A stretch of DNA of 64,000 bases. Source: an uncultured Oscillospiraceae bacterium (GTDB taxonomy: Bacteria; Bacillota; Clostridia; Christensenellales; CAG-138). Shown piece after piece: positions 29,598-38,714 of the stretch (position 1 is its first letter; the number at the start of each line of letters is the position of its first letter). The stretch is taken from NCBI GenBank assembly GCA_964476505.1, contig CAYZAW010000003.1, positions 2,462 to 66,461 of the forward strand, in the 5' to 3' direction. The translations under genes and the position numbers were made by a program. The notes under the pieces were generated by a model. The model did not search any database. It was not told the DNA's origin and worked only from the letters and a program-made list of their open reading frames with translations.

Positions 29598-30646
29598 AGA
29601 AGCGCTTTTTTGATATTCTCTGCAAATGCCGCCGCCCGTTTTTCAATACCGGGAAGCGTTTGTATCTCGCCGGGATCGTTAGCGGTTTCCAGCATGCAAA
29701 ATCCGGGCGGCAGGTAAAAGGCTTTGTTCATGTTCAGGCTGGAGATGAGCTGCATGCCTACGATATCTCCTCCGCTATATCCGGACACCACGATACCGAA
29801 CAACTGCTTCTCGTAAAAGCGCCTTCTGCGAAACAGCCCCGTGAGGCGGTTGATGAACGCATTTAAATTTGCGCCCAGCGCATCGTTATAATTGGGGCAC
29901 AGCAGCAGCAGCCCGTCGCATTCCGTAATGGCCGGATACAACTGCTCCACCATCACACCGCCGTAAAAGCAATTTCCCTGCTCGCTAAAATGCATACAGG
30001 TGGTATAGGCACAGCCCACGCAGTCCACCACCGCGCCGTTACGAAGGGTAATTTCCTGCAATTGGATTTCTTGCGGCAAACGCTCCTTTACCATGCTCCA
30101 CAACAACAGCGTATTAGAGGTGGTGCGGTTACTGGCGTGCAGCACCAGCAGCTTTGGGTTAGGCCTTTTTTCTATTGGCGCAGCGGTCAGCCGCTCCACA
30201 AGCGCCGCCGTTTCCGCACGGTACGCCTCCTCCGGCATGATACCGCTGTAATTTGCCACAACGCGGTAGTTGTGCAGCGTTCCCGTGCCTTCCGCAAGAG
30301 GTCGCCCCACAAAGGCGCAGCCGGCTGCGTTTGCCGCCAGCACAAAGGCGCGGGCGCAATCCTTGGTATACAGCTCCTCCTGCCCATCTATCACGATACC
30401 GCCGGTACAGCCCGCAAGCGCTTCCTTATGCCTGCGAAGCCAAGCCATGCTTTCGTATAAAGCGGGGTTATATCCGCCTACTTCCAACGCCGCCGCAAAC
30501 AGCACGGTGCTATCAGGCTGTATATGCGCCGGATGCTCCACCGCCGTGTGCGGGGTGTTCATAAGCGCATGCGCCAAAAGGCCGTCCAGCCGCTTAGAGG
30601 ACGCGCCCATTTGGCATACGATCAGTTTTTTGCCCGATTCCGTCAT
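29594..30646 (-). CDS. tandem flavodoxin-like / NAD(P)H-dependent FMN reductase-like protein
   Basis: 350 aa. The C-terminal half (KLLVLHASNRTTSNT...LLLLCPNYNDALGANLNAFINRL) matches the flavodoxin-like FMN reductase pattern with a Cys cluster CVGCAYTTCx8C. The N-terminal half also looks flavodoxin-like. ATGA overlap with the upstream gene. Confidence 0.55.
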   Translation of the reverse strand: MTESGKKLIVCQMGASSKRLDGLLAHALMNTPHTAVEHPAHIQPDSTVLFAAALEVGGYNPALYESMAWLRRHKEALAGCTGGIVIDGQEELYTKDCARAFVLAANAAGCAFVGRPLAEGTGTLHNYRVVANYSGIMPEEAYRAETAALVERLTAAPIEKRPNPKLLVLHASNRTTSNTLLLWSMVKERLPQEIQLQEITLRNGAVVDCVGCAYTTCMHFSEQGNCFYGGVMVEQLYPAITECDGLLLLCPNYNDALGANLNAFINRLTGLFRRRRFYEKQLFGIVVSGYSGGDIVGMQLISSLNMNKAFYLPPGFCMLETANDPGEIQTLPGIEKRAAAFAENIKKALL

Positions 30647-31824
30647 AGCAAGCTTTCCTGCTGCACCAATGTGTCGTACGCGTTTTTAAGCCGCGCCATC
30701 AGCGGCTCCGGTATAGGTTCCACTTCCCAATCCAAACCCGCTTGTGTAAACCGGTTATAGCAGCCAAAGTAGGCGTTTCCCAAGGGGATAGCGCTATAAT
30801 GCCAGTCTCCCCGGATGGCGGCAAGGATAGAAAGCGCCCCCGAGGACAGCGCCGGGGCGATATACGGCTTAAAGCCCGTTTCGCGAAGCGCCAGATTGGC
30901 CTGCACCACCTGCTGCGTCAGTTCACGGGAAAGCACATCATCATACGCCGACAGGCTGTTTGCGATCACTAGCGCCTGCCCGTGAGGGCCGTACGCGCGG
31001 CCTTCCGATAAAAACGATTGAAAGCGCGGCTCCTTTTTTGCGTAATACGCGGCGCGGGCGTTCATTACCCCAAGGCCAAAGCCCTGTATCTGTTCCGGAC
31101 GAAGGCCGTTCCCGTCCCACTCGCCCGCTTTGTTTTGATTGCTGTATAGAAACGCCGCGCGGGACAGCACATCCACCGGGTCAGACACCACACAGAACAA
31201 TCCCTGATACCGCGCCGCTCTTGCCAGCTTTGCGTAGTGCTTGATGATCGCCGCATTTCCCGCAAGCTGCGCCATGCGCACGTCCGTTTTCTGCGTGCTA
31301 AGCGGCGGCACGGCTTTGCAGGCGCAGAAAATGAACACATCGCATGAAAACAGCTCCTCCGCCTGCAAGGGATGCACGGCGGGCAGCGCATCATACGCTC
31401 GCGGCCAAGCGATCTGGTTCATTTCAAAGGCATAGCGCTGCATCTGCGCTTGATTTACGTCGTAAATGCCGATACGCTCTATCACATCTCCGCCCAACAG
31501 CACCAGCCCCGTTAACAGCGTTGCTCCTACGTCTCCCAGTGCCAGCAGATGCATCCGTTTTTTCCCTGACGAAAACGGTACGGAAGGCATTTTTGCCGTA
31601 CAGCCCCAGCAGTTGTTCACCGCACGGGCTGTGCCGTTACGAATGGCGCTTTGCTGGGCCGGCGTAAGCGATACCTCCTGTGTATGCCCGGTTTCGTTGA
31701 GCCATGCAATGCCCGCAGCTTCGGTAAGCTGCCATGGGCGCGTGACGCAAAACGATCCCATGGAGGAACGCTTTGCCTGCTCTAAAATGAATACGGTTTG
31801 CCCGTTGTATTGCTCGCTTTGCAT
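30643..31824 (-). CDS. LDH/MDH-superfamily 2-hydroxyacid dehydrogenase-like protein with an N-terminal extension of about 90 aa
   Basis: 393 aa. Rossmann LLALGDVGATL...IGIYDVN. Counterparts of the LDH catalytic residues are present: VRMAQLAGN (R-x-x-x-L..N), VVSDPVDVL, NARAAYY (Arg) and YGPHGQ (His). Confidence 0.55.
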   Translation of the reverse strand: MQSEQYNGQTVFILEQAKRSSMGSFCVTRPWQLTEAAGIAWLNETGHTQEVSLTPAQQSAIRNGTARAVNNCWGCTAKMPSVPFSSGKKRMHLLALGDVGATLLTGLVLLGGDVIERIGIYDVNQAQMQRYAFEMNQIAWPRAYDALPAVHPLQAEELFSCDVFIFCACKAVPPLSTQKTDVRMAQLAGNAAIIKHYAKLARAARYQGLFCVVSDPVDVLSRAAFLYSNQNKAGEWDGNGLRPEQIQGFGLGVMNARAAYYAKKEPRFQSFLSEGRAYGPHGQALVIANSLSAYDDVLSRELTQQVVQANLALRETGFKPYIAPALSSGALSILAAIRGDWHYSAIPLGNAYFGCYNRFTQAGLDWEVEPIPEPLMARLKNAYDTLVQQESLL

Positions 31825-31825
31825 A

Positions 31826-34800
31826 TTACCCTCGTTCTATCATGTCGCCAACGCGCAGCAGCGCTTCAATATCGCTTGTAACATACACCGAAGGCGGCAG
31901 GTTCACATCGTAAGACAAGCTGCCCCGATCCGGCACCCTTGGCCACAGCAGTGCCTCACCCAAACGGTTGAGCGTTAAGTTGCGTTCATACAGCAGTTGA
32001 TGCTCTTTTTCCAGCGTTTCCAGTATCGCCCTCGCGTTTTCCAAGCAGGTGAGCGAAAGCCGGTATACCGCCTCCTGACTCACATCCGATATAAAGCCGG
32101 GGTACGCGTAGGGCAATATCTGGTTGATGGAGGGCAGCGTATGCAGGCTGCGCCTTGCGCTTTCTCGAAGCACGCTGTCTCCGCCCAAGAAGGGATACAG
32201 CATGCTTTCCACAAACCAGTACCGCAGATTGGGAATGAAATACACGCAATCCACCTCGCGCCCCTGTACCGCCATCAAGTCCTTGCCCCTGCCGGACAGG
32301 ATTCCAACCACGATCTTTTTGATGGACAGGCCCGCCTCAACAAATAGCGGATCGAGCGCCTCTAAGCGGTAGCCCTTATGCAGCAGGTCGTCCGCCAATA
32401 TGACGGGACGGCGGAAGGAATGGATGACCCGAATCTGATTCATCAGGCTGGAATAGCCCGGGTATTCCGTAATGGTAAAGGATTTTGCGTCCGGCGCGTA
32501 TATCTTTTCGGCGTGCAGCCCTTTTGTGACCGTGTTTGGCACCACAACGCCGCGCAGTATTTTCCCGTACGGTACGCACATGTATTCGCCAAGCGGGCGG
32601 GAGCCGTCTGTTGCTGTAACGTTTCCGTTTGCCGCAATGATCTTTTGGGTAAGCGCGTGGTTCAAAAGCCCCGCGTGAAAGGACAGCACCAGCCGCCCCG
32701 GATACAGCTCCGACATTGCCTTGGAAAAGCTCTTATGCGTATCGTTTAGCACCTGCTCCACGGCAGGCCTATCTCTTAGGGGCGCTTTGATGCCCTGCTG
32801 CACATCCTCGATTAGGGCGATGGGCGTTCGCATATCCACGATATAGATGTGCTCGCGCTCCTCCTCTCCCGGCAGCTGCACAAAGCCTTGCCTTAAAAGC
32901 GTGCCGCGAAGCTTCGCGTCGTCCGAAACGCCGTTCCCGTGATAAATGGCATAGGTATAATCCTGTTCCAGCAGCCTTGCCAGCGTTTCTGTTAACAGCA
33001 GGCGGAATACATCCCGCCGGTACACGCCCGCCGCAAATATGCCGGACAGTACAGCGATCTTGCCGGAGGTATGCCTTCGCACATATTCCGACAGCGCAAT
33101 GCTGCCAAACTCGCGGAACAGCTCCGCTCCGTTGGTGCGATACACACATGCACAGCCAAGCGGCCTGTCCCCCGCCGCCTCGTCCACCATTTCCATTACA
33201 TACGCGTTGGGGCGGCTTAGGCTGTACTGTATCACCTGCGCAAGCTGCTGGGGCTCCATGTCCGTCCCCTCGGCGGCAACAGCCATCACGCGATCCAACA
33301 GTGCGCCGTCGTCCGGGCTGCGCCGCCTGAACGATAGCGTTTCCGACGGCAGCTGCTCCTTATACTGCGGCTCCCGCAGATACAGGCCGTTATCGTAAAT
33401 GTAATTTTGCGCCACCGGGTCAACCAGCATGGAGATATCCCGGTTATAGTCCACATTCTCGCGAATGCGGCTGGAGCTCACATCCTCCAGATAGGTAGGC
33501 AGCGCCAGCTCAATGATCTCGTTTTTCACACGGGAGCGAATGACCCGCTTTTGCTCTTCCCATGCACCGTCTTCCATATTACGGCGGAAAATCACATGGG
33601 GCAGGTGATGGATGGAATGCGCCGTAGGCGCTTTGCGGTAAGAGGAGGCGTTTAGTATCACGTCGCTTCCCGCAACGATGTACAGCGTTTGCCCCGGAAA
33701 CTGCCGCTGCAACAGTACCAGATCCTCCGGGTTTGCCAGATTCACCGGAATATCGTCCGGGAAAACGAACACCGAAAACGCATCCGCCACAGACATGTTC
33801 ACGATTCGCCGCCGCACGTCATGAGGCTGGGTGCGCTTTGACCAGCTGAATTCGTCCACCGCCAGATACACGTCCAAGCCCAGATCGCGTATGGCCTTAA
33901 CAATGCCCTTATGGCTGGAGGAAAAGGGGTCGAAGGTGCCCGGGAAGAACGCAACGCCCTTGGATTCCGGGAACTGGAACGGGCCGAAGCGCACCGTTGC
34001 GTTGGTGATAAAGCGGTAAATATGGTTCAGCGACGCCGCACTGTTAAAGAACGTAAGTGTATCCTGCCGCTGCTCGTACAGCAGCGTCAGCAGCTTTTTA
34101 TGGATGCGCTTGAACAGCGTGCGCTTGCGTTCGTATAACAGGTCGCTTCCGAACAGCTGTTTGCCGATTACTAAAAATGCCTCTTGGCATACCGAATCGT
34201 TATAATGCGCAAGCCCGGAGAGCAACAGCCCCAGCATGCGATCCCGGCGGGCGGTAAAGGTATCGTTATCCTCCTGAAAGCGCGCTTGGTATTCCTCATC
34301 GTAATGCAGCAGCAGCACGCCAAGCGTTGGCATGGTAACGCAGGCGGCGCGTTCGTTTGCGGATTTGATGTACTTTTGGAATTCGTCTATGATCTCGTCC
34401 AGCTCTTTCGGGTGCAGGTATAAGGCAAACCGCCCCAAATACCGGGGAATATACTTGGAAAACTCGTACTCTGCCGTTTCCAGCCCCTTGGTAAGCTCAA
34501 TGGCGATCTCGTTTCGCTGTTCCAGCGTTAGGCGGCCGGCAATGCGAATGAGCGCATCTCCCGCCGCATGCCGCACGGTGATTCGCTCGCTCACGCGCAC
34601 CAAATTAGCAAGGTGCGTGGCTACCTGCAGCGCTTTATCCTGCTCCTCCGTTCGCAGGTGGAACAGTAATAGCTCGATGTTGATCTCCTTAATGACCCAC
34701 GGTGTAGCCGTTTTTAAATTGTCTAAAAACAACCCCGCATAATCGGAGGCGATGAGCGCGCTGTTGCAGGCCTCCGCCTGCCGTTCCATGCCCGGCAGCA

Positions 34801-36703
34801 TGCTATAAATACAATACTGCAGGTAAAGGATGCTGATATCCTGCTTCTCCGGCAGCGCCTGTATGATTTGTTCTGTTTGCAGCCGCATGCCCTGCCGAAT
34901 TTCATCATCTGTCAGCACATATTGCAAGAACCGCAGCGCCACGGCGTGATTGCGGCGTTCCTGCGTGTGCTGCATCACATACAGCGCCAGCGCAAAGGGG
35001 CCTATTAAGTTATTGATTGATAAATAGCGCAGCGGCACCATACACAGGCTGTCCAGCAACACGAAGGGGTACGCCTCCGTGCGGTACCGCTCCTGCGTAA
35101 AGCAGGCAAGGTACGGCTCCAGATACCGCTCGGCATCCTCCGGCCTGCAATTTTCTAGGATAGACTGTAATACGATCTTTAGCGTATACCCGATCCATAC
35201 CCGGTGCTTGGCCGCCACCTTGTGATCCGGATTCAATATCCGTTCTATGTATTGTGCCCATAGGTCAAAGCTGGTTTCCCCAACCGGCGACGGCCTTGCA
35301 TGGCGGGGCAGCTCCTTGCGGTATTCCACATCGTAATGGGTGAGGATGTTACCTAAAAGCGCTGCCGCCTGCCGCCGGATATCCCCTTGGTTGTGCAGGA
35401 ACAGCTCGTATAAAAACCGCATGGTGATCAGCTTTTGCCGCTGGGTCATGTAGGTAAAATACTCTTCCAGTATGTTGATATAGGCGCGGATATGCTTCCA
35501 GTCCTTTTCCGTGCGGGCAGCCTCCAGCATATCCACAAAGGCCGTTTCGGAGCTAAAGCGCCGCATGAGCGACAGGTTCTCCCGAATGGCGCAGAACTTG
35601 AGCCCCTGCACGGCCTCCTGCGGCGTCATAAGGGCGGGGTGTTTGCTGACGGCTTGACCGGGCACGTTGGAAAACGGGTCGGTATTCACGCCGAGCGACA
35701 CCATATAATCCTCAAAATCGTGCAGCTTACGGTATACGCGCTCATACCGGCGGCGCTTTTTATCGTCTACATGATCCAGCTTGGAAAGTATAACGGAATA
35801 GGATTCGTCTAGCGTATATACCCGTATCTGTTCCTTGCCCAAAGCATCGTGCGTGCTTTTCACGCGAAAATCCGCGTAGATCAACAGTAGCGATTCCACC
35901 GGCAGGTTTTCCAGCTCCAAATCCCAAGTGGAATGGTTGGCGGCAATATGCGCGATTCCATCCAAAGAGTAACGCTTGAGCCACTCGTCCGTATAGTAAT
36001 AATGCAGGTACGGAATGCGGGCGGTTTCGTCGCCCTTGCAGCCGAATTTACCGATATCGTGCGACAGCGCCGCCGCGGACACCAGCGGCAGGTCTACCGC
36101 CGCCTCGGTATTGATAAGCTGCCGCGCCGTATGCATGGCAACGTGATGCACGCCCGCAATATGCCCCAGCGTATCAAACGGCATGATCTCCCGCCCGATA
36201 TGCAGCAGCTCTTGCACAAAGGAACGATCCAACAGCTTTAAAAAGCGCTCGTACGCATCCTTTGTTTGGCTGTTCTCCAACTCCTGCGGCTGCGCCAGCG
36301 CAAACCATGTATGCGGGTCAAACTCGCCTTCTGCTTCCTCCGCCTGTAAAAAAGTGCGGTACGTCAAAAGAAAGAACAATGCCGCGCGGTTCATTTGGGT
36401 ATCCCGGCTCTTTGGCGGGTCGGACGGGAACAACTGCTCCACAAGGTCGTGATACAGATAGTTTAGCCACCCCTCCGGCGGCTCCTTGGCGTACAGCTCC
36501 ATTACCGGACGGCATAAGGAAAGAACCGCGTCAGCCGTGACCGGCGTGCCGGTGCGATACTGTGAAACGCGGTTCTTAAAGTCTTGCTCGCGCAACAGGA
36601 GAAGCAGCGCCTTTTTTGTGATCTGCGCCGTTTTTAGGAATTCCCTTTGGGAAAGGTTATTTAAGAGGCTTTGGTAGAATGCGTTTGGCGCCGTTTTAGG
36701 CAT
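31826..36703 (-). CDS. 1625-aa multidomain protein: HD phosphohydrolase + helical (HEAT-like) repeats + NadD-like nucleotidyltransferase + GNAT-like + PRTase-like regions
   Basis: Uninterrupted ORF with AGAGGAG 8 nt before the ATG. Motifs verified in the DNA: HDIGK at 36047-36061, GTFDPF at 33923-33940 and VILADDLL at 32381-32404. Function unknown. Confidence 0.8.
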   Translation of the reverse strand: MPKTAPNAFYQSLLNNLSQREFLKTAQITKKALLLLLREQDFKNRVSQYRTGTPVTADAVLSLCRPVMELYAKEPPEGWLNYLYHDLVEQLFPSDPPKSRDTQMNRAALFFLLTYRTFLQAEEAEGEFDPHTWFALAQPQELENSQTKDAYERFLKLLDRSFVQELLHIGREIMPFDTLGHIAGVHHVAMHTARQLINTEAAVDLPLVSAAALSHDIGKFGCKGDETARIPYLHYYYTDEWLKRYSLDGIAHIAANHSTWDLELENLPVESLLLIYADFRVKSTHDALGKEQIRVYTLDESYSVILSKLDHVDDKKRRRYERVYRKLHDFEDYMVSLGVNTDPFSNVPGQAVSKHPALMTPQEAVQGLKFCAIRENLSLMRRFSSETAFVDMLEAARTEKDWKHIRAYINILEEYFTYMTQRQKLITMRFLYELFLHNQGDIRRQAAALLGNILTHYDVEYRKELPRHARPSPVGETSFDLWAQYIERILNPDHKVAAKHRVWIGYTLKIVLQSILENCRPEDAERYLEPYLACFTQERYRTEAYPFVLLDSLCMVPLRYLSINNLIGPFALALYVMQHTQERRNHAVALRFLQYVLTDDEIRQGMRLQTEQIIQALPEKQDISILYLQYCIYSMLPGMERQAEACNSALIASDYAGLFLDNLKTATPWVIKEINIELLLFHLRTEEQDKALQVATHLANLVRVSERITVRHAAGDALIRIAGRLTLEQRNEIAIELTKGLETAEYEFSKYIPRYLGRFALYLHPKELDEIIDEFQKYIKSANERAACVTMPTLGVLLLHYDEEYQARFQEDNDTFTARRDRMLGLLLSGLAHYNDSVCQEAFLVIGKQLFGSDLLYERKRTLFKRIHKKLLTLLYEQRQDTLTFFNSAASLNHIYRFITNATVRFGPFQFPESKGVAFFPGTFDPFSSSHKGIVKAIRDLGLDVYLAVDEFSWSKRTQPHDVRRRIVNMSVADAFSVFVFPDDIPVNLANPEDLVLLQRQFPGQTLYIVAGSDVILNASSYRKAPTAHSIHHLPHVIFRRNMEDGAWEEQKRVIRSRVKNEIIELALPTYLEDVSSSRIRENVDYNRDISMLVDPVAQNYIYDNGLYLREPQYKEQLPSETLSFRRRSPDDGALLDRVMAVAAEGTDMEPQQLAQVIQYSLSRPNAYVMEMVDEAAGDRPLGCACVYRTNGAELFREFGSIALSEYVRRHTSGKIAVLSGIFAAGVYRRDVFRLLLTETLARLLEQDYTYAIYHGNGVSDDAKLRGTLLRQGFVQLPGEEEREHIYIVDMRTPIALIEDVQQGIKAPLRDRPAVEQVLNDTHKSFSKAMSELYPGRLVLSFHAGLLNHALTQKIIAANGNVTATDGSRPLGEYMCVPYGKILRGVVVPNTVTKGLHAEKIYAPDAKSFTITEYPGYSSLMNQIRVIHSFRRPVILADDLLHKGYRLEALDPLFVEAGLSIKKIVVGILSGRGKDLMAVQGREVDCVYFIPNLRYWFVESMLYPFLGGDSVLRESARRSLHTLPSINQILPYAYPGFISDVSQEAVYRLSLTCLENARAILETLEKEHQLLYERNLTLNRLGEALLWPRVPDRGSLSYDVNLPPSVYVTSDIEALLRVGDMIERG
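32159..32701 (-). other. type-I phosphoribosyltransferase-like region (aa ~1335-1515)
   Basis: RRPVILADDLLHKGYRLEAL keeps the hydrophobic-DD signature of the PRPP motif but lacks the TxGxT loop. The context resembles the PurF C-terminal domain. Confidence 0.4.
32804..33331 (-). other. GNAT-like region (aa ~1125-1300)
   Basis: The beta-strand/helix pattern IAVLSGIFAAGVYRRDVFRLLLTETLARL...YAIYHG...LRQGFVQL resembles an acetyltransferase fold, but the Q/RxxGxG/A motif is degenerate. Confidence 0.35.
33380..33958 (-). other. NadD/cytidylyltransferase-like region (aa ~916-1108)
   Basis: FFPGTFDPFSSSH is a degenerate form of GxFxPxHxGH. IVAGSD is present. The tail VSSSRIRENV...LVDPVAQNYIYDNGLY resembles the NadD ISSTxIR...YI..n.LY end. 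Confidence 0.6.
35834..36211 (-). other. HD-domain region of the 1625-aa protein (aa ~165-290)
   Basis: GHIAGVHHVAMH ... LSHDIGK ... ANHSTWD ... LLIYADF, following the H...HD...D pattern. Confidence 0.7.
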
Positions 36704-36743
36704 GCTGCGTTCTCTCCTCTTTGGCGTATTCCTTTGTAAAAGC

Positions 36744-37250
36744 CTATTCCGGCATAAAGGTCGTAATCACGGTAAAGGTGTAATCCATCATCTGCACATC
36801 CATATCGGTACCGATCTGCGCATAGATATGGTTCTTGCCCGGATAGATCACCAGCCCAAAGCTTTGTGCGGAATGCAGCTCGGTATTGGCTACCTCCGTG
36901 CCGTCCTCGTCAAAAAAGGCCATGCCCATTTGCCCGAACAGCGTTTTGGGATAGGTGCTGTTGCACACGCCGTCTAAATACGTGCCGCCTCCGTACTCAT
37001 ATACGCGAATCTCCTCAAAGGACAGGTATTGCAGGTAATGATCCTCCGTATACACCACGCTGCCACGCGCATCGGTAGGGCGCGGCTCCGGCGTGATGCT
37101 CTGCGACAGCGGCATAGGCGTTGGCGAGGGCGATGGCGACGGCGTTGGCGCAGTTGCCCACACGGGCTGCTGTGATATGCAGCCCGAAAGCAGCGCCGCC
37201 AAAAGAGCGGCTATAAGTATCAGCAAAATTGAATGGCAGCCGCGCTTCAT
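36744..37250 (-). CDS. small secreted lipoprotein of unknown function
   Basis: 168 aa. Signal peptide plus lipobox (LLSGC) and a Pro/Ser/Thr linker (APTPSPSPSPTPMP). TAATG overlap with the pncB stop. Confidence 0.7.
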   Translation of the reverse strand: MKRGCHSILLILIAALLAALLSGCISQQPVWATAPTPSPSPSPTPMPLSQSITPEPRPTDARGSVVYTEDHYLQYLSFEEIRVYEYGGGTYLDGVCNSTYPKTLFGQMGMAFFDEDGTEVANTELHSAQSFGLVIYPGKNHIYAQIGTDMDVQMMDYTFTVITTFMPE

Positions 37251-38692
37251 TACTCTTCCACGGTGGGCTGACAGCTCCGTAACAGCCCCTGCTTCAGGTC
37301 GTACAGCTTGTCCGAAAGGTCTACCTTATACACATGGGGGTTCAAGAGCCGCTTATACTCCTCCCACATGGTAGCAAGCTCCTGCTTGGCATAGCTTTGG
37401 ATGGTTTTGATGTCCGGAGACTCATACACCTGCTTGCCGTTTTGGAAGATGGGCACCAGCAGCTCTCTTGCGGTAAAGTCCGTCAGCACCATGGACTTCC
37501 ACGTTTGCACGGGGTCGAAGATGCGAAGGGGCTTTGTGTCGTCTATCACTTCGTCTGCCAAGGCGATCAAGTCCGCAATGGCCTTGCCGTTCTTTCTTCG
37601 GTATAGACGATACACCTTTTTATAGCCGGGGTTGGTTACCTTAGCGGGGTTATCGCTGATTTTGATTTTGGGAATCGTTACGCCGTTGACCACCTCTGCG
37701 GACATTTTATAAACGCCGCCAAGCGCCGGGCAGTCGTCTGAGGTGATGAGCCTTGTTCCAACGCCCCACACGTCGATGCACGCACCCTGCGCCTTAAGAT
37801 CGCGGATAACCGTTTCGTCCAAGTCGCTGGAAGCGAATATCTTGGCTTTTTCGTACCCGGCAGCGTCCAGCATGGCGCGGGCTTTTTTGGATAAATACGC
37901 CAAGTCGCCGGAATCCAAGCGGATGCCAATGGGTTCGTAACCCTTTTGACGAAGCTCGTCAAAGCATTTGATGGCGTTTGGCACGCCGCTTCTAAGCGTA
38001 TCGTAGGTATCCACCAACAGCATGCAGGTATCCGGGAACACGTCTGCATACGCACGGAAGGAATCCAGCTCCGTTGGGAAGCTCATCACCCAGCTGTGTG
38101 CGTGGGTGCCCTTCACGGCGATATCGAACATCTGCCCGGTCAGTACGTTACTGGTAGCGTCGCAGCCGCCGATGATGGCTGCCCTTGCGCCGTAAATACC
38201 GGCATCCGGCCCTTGGGCGCGGCGAAGGCCGAATTCCAGCACGGAGTCTCCGTTTGCGGCATACACCACACGGCTTGCCTTGGTGGCGATAAGCGTTTGA
38301 TGATTGATCAAATTCAACAGCGCTGTTTCTACCAGCTGTGCTTCCATGATAGGCGCTTTTACGCGTAGCAGCGGCTCGTAAGGAAACACGATGGTACCCT
38401 CCGGCATGGCGTATATCTCGCCGGTGAAGTGCAGCTCCTTTAAATACTGCATGAAGGATTCATCAAACAGCTTCAGCGAGCGAAGATAGTTTAGATCCTC
38501 CTCTGAAAAATGCAGCTCATTGATATACTCGATAGCGCTTTCCACACCCGCCATCACGGCATAGGCGCTGTTTTCCCGGGTCTTTCTGAAAAACAGGTCG
38601 AATACGGCCTCGTTGTTGGACATGCCGTGTTTATAGTAACCGTACATCATCGTTAGCTGATACAGATCCGTCAGCATCGTTAGATTTCGCAT
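37250..38692 (-). CDS. pncB: nicotinate phosphoribosyltransferase
   Basis: 480 aa. The LTDLYQLTMMYGYY N-terminus and GTHAHSW motif are typical of PncB. Confidence 0.9.
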   Translation of the reverse strand: MRNLTMLTDLYQLTMMYGYYKHGMSNNEAVFDLFFRKTRENSAYAVMAGVESAIEYINELHFSEEDLNYLRSLKLFDESFMQYLKELHFTGEIYAMPEGTIVFPYEPLLRVKAPIMEAQLVETALLNLINHQTLIATKASRVVYAANGDSVLEFGLRRAQGPDAGIYGARAAIIGGCDATSNVLTGQMFDIAVKGTHAHSWVMSFPTELDSFRAYADVFPDTCMLLVDTYDTLRSGVPNAIKCFDELRQKGYEPIGIRLDSGDLAYLSKKARAMLDAAGYEKAKIFASSDLDETVIRDLKAQGACIDVWGVGTRLITSDDCPALGGVYKMSAEVVNGVTIPKIKISDNPAKVTNPGYKKVYRLYRRKNGKAIADLIALADEVIDDTKPLRIFDPVQTWKSMVLTDFTARELLVPIFQNGKQVYESPDIKTIQSYAKQELATMWEEYKRLLNPHVYKVDLSDKLYDLKQGLLRSCQPTVEE

Positions 38693-38714
38693 AGTATCAC
38701 TCCAGCCTTTCGCG

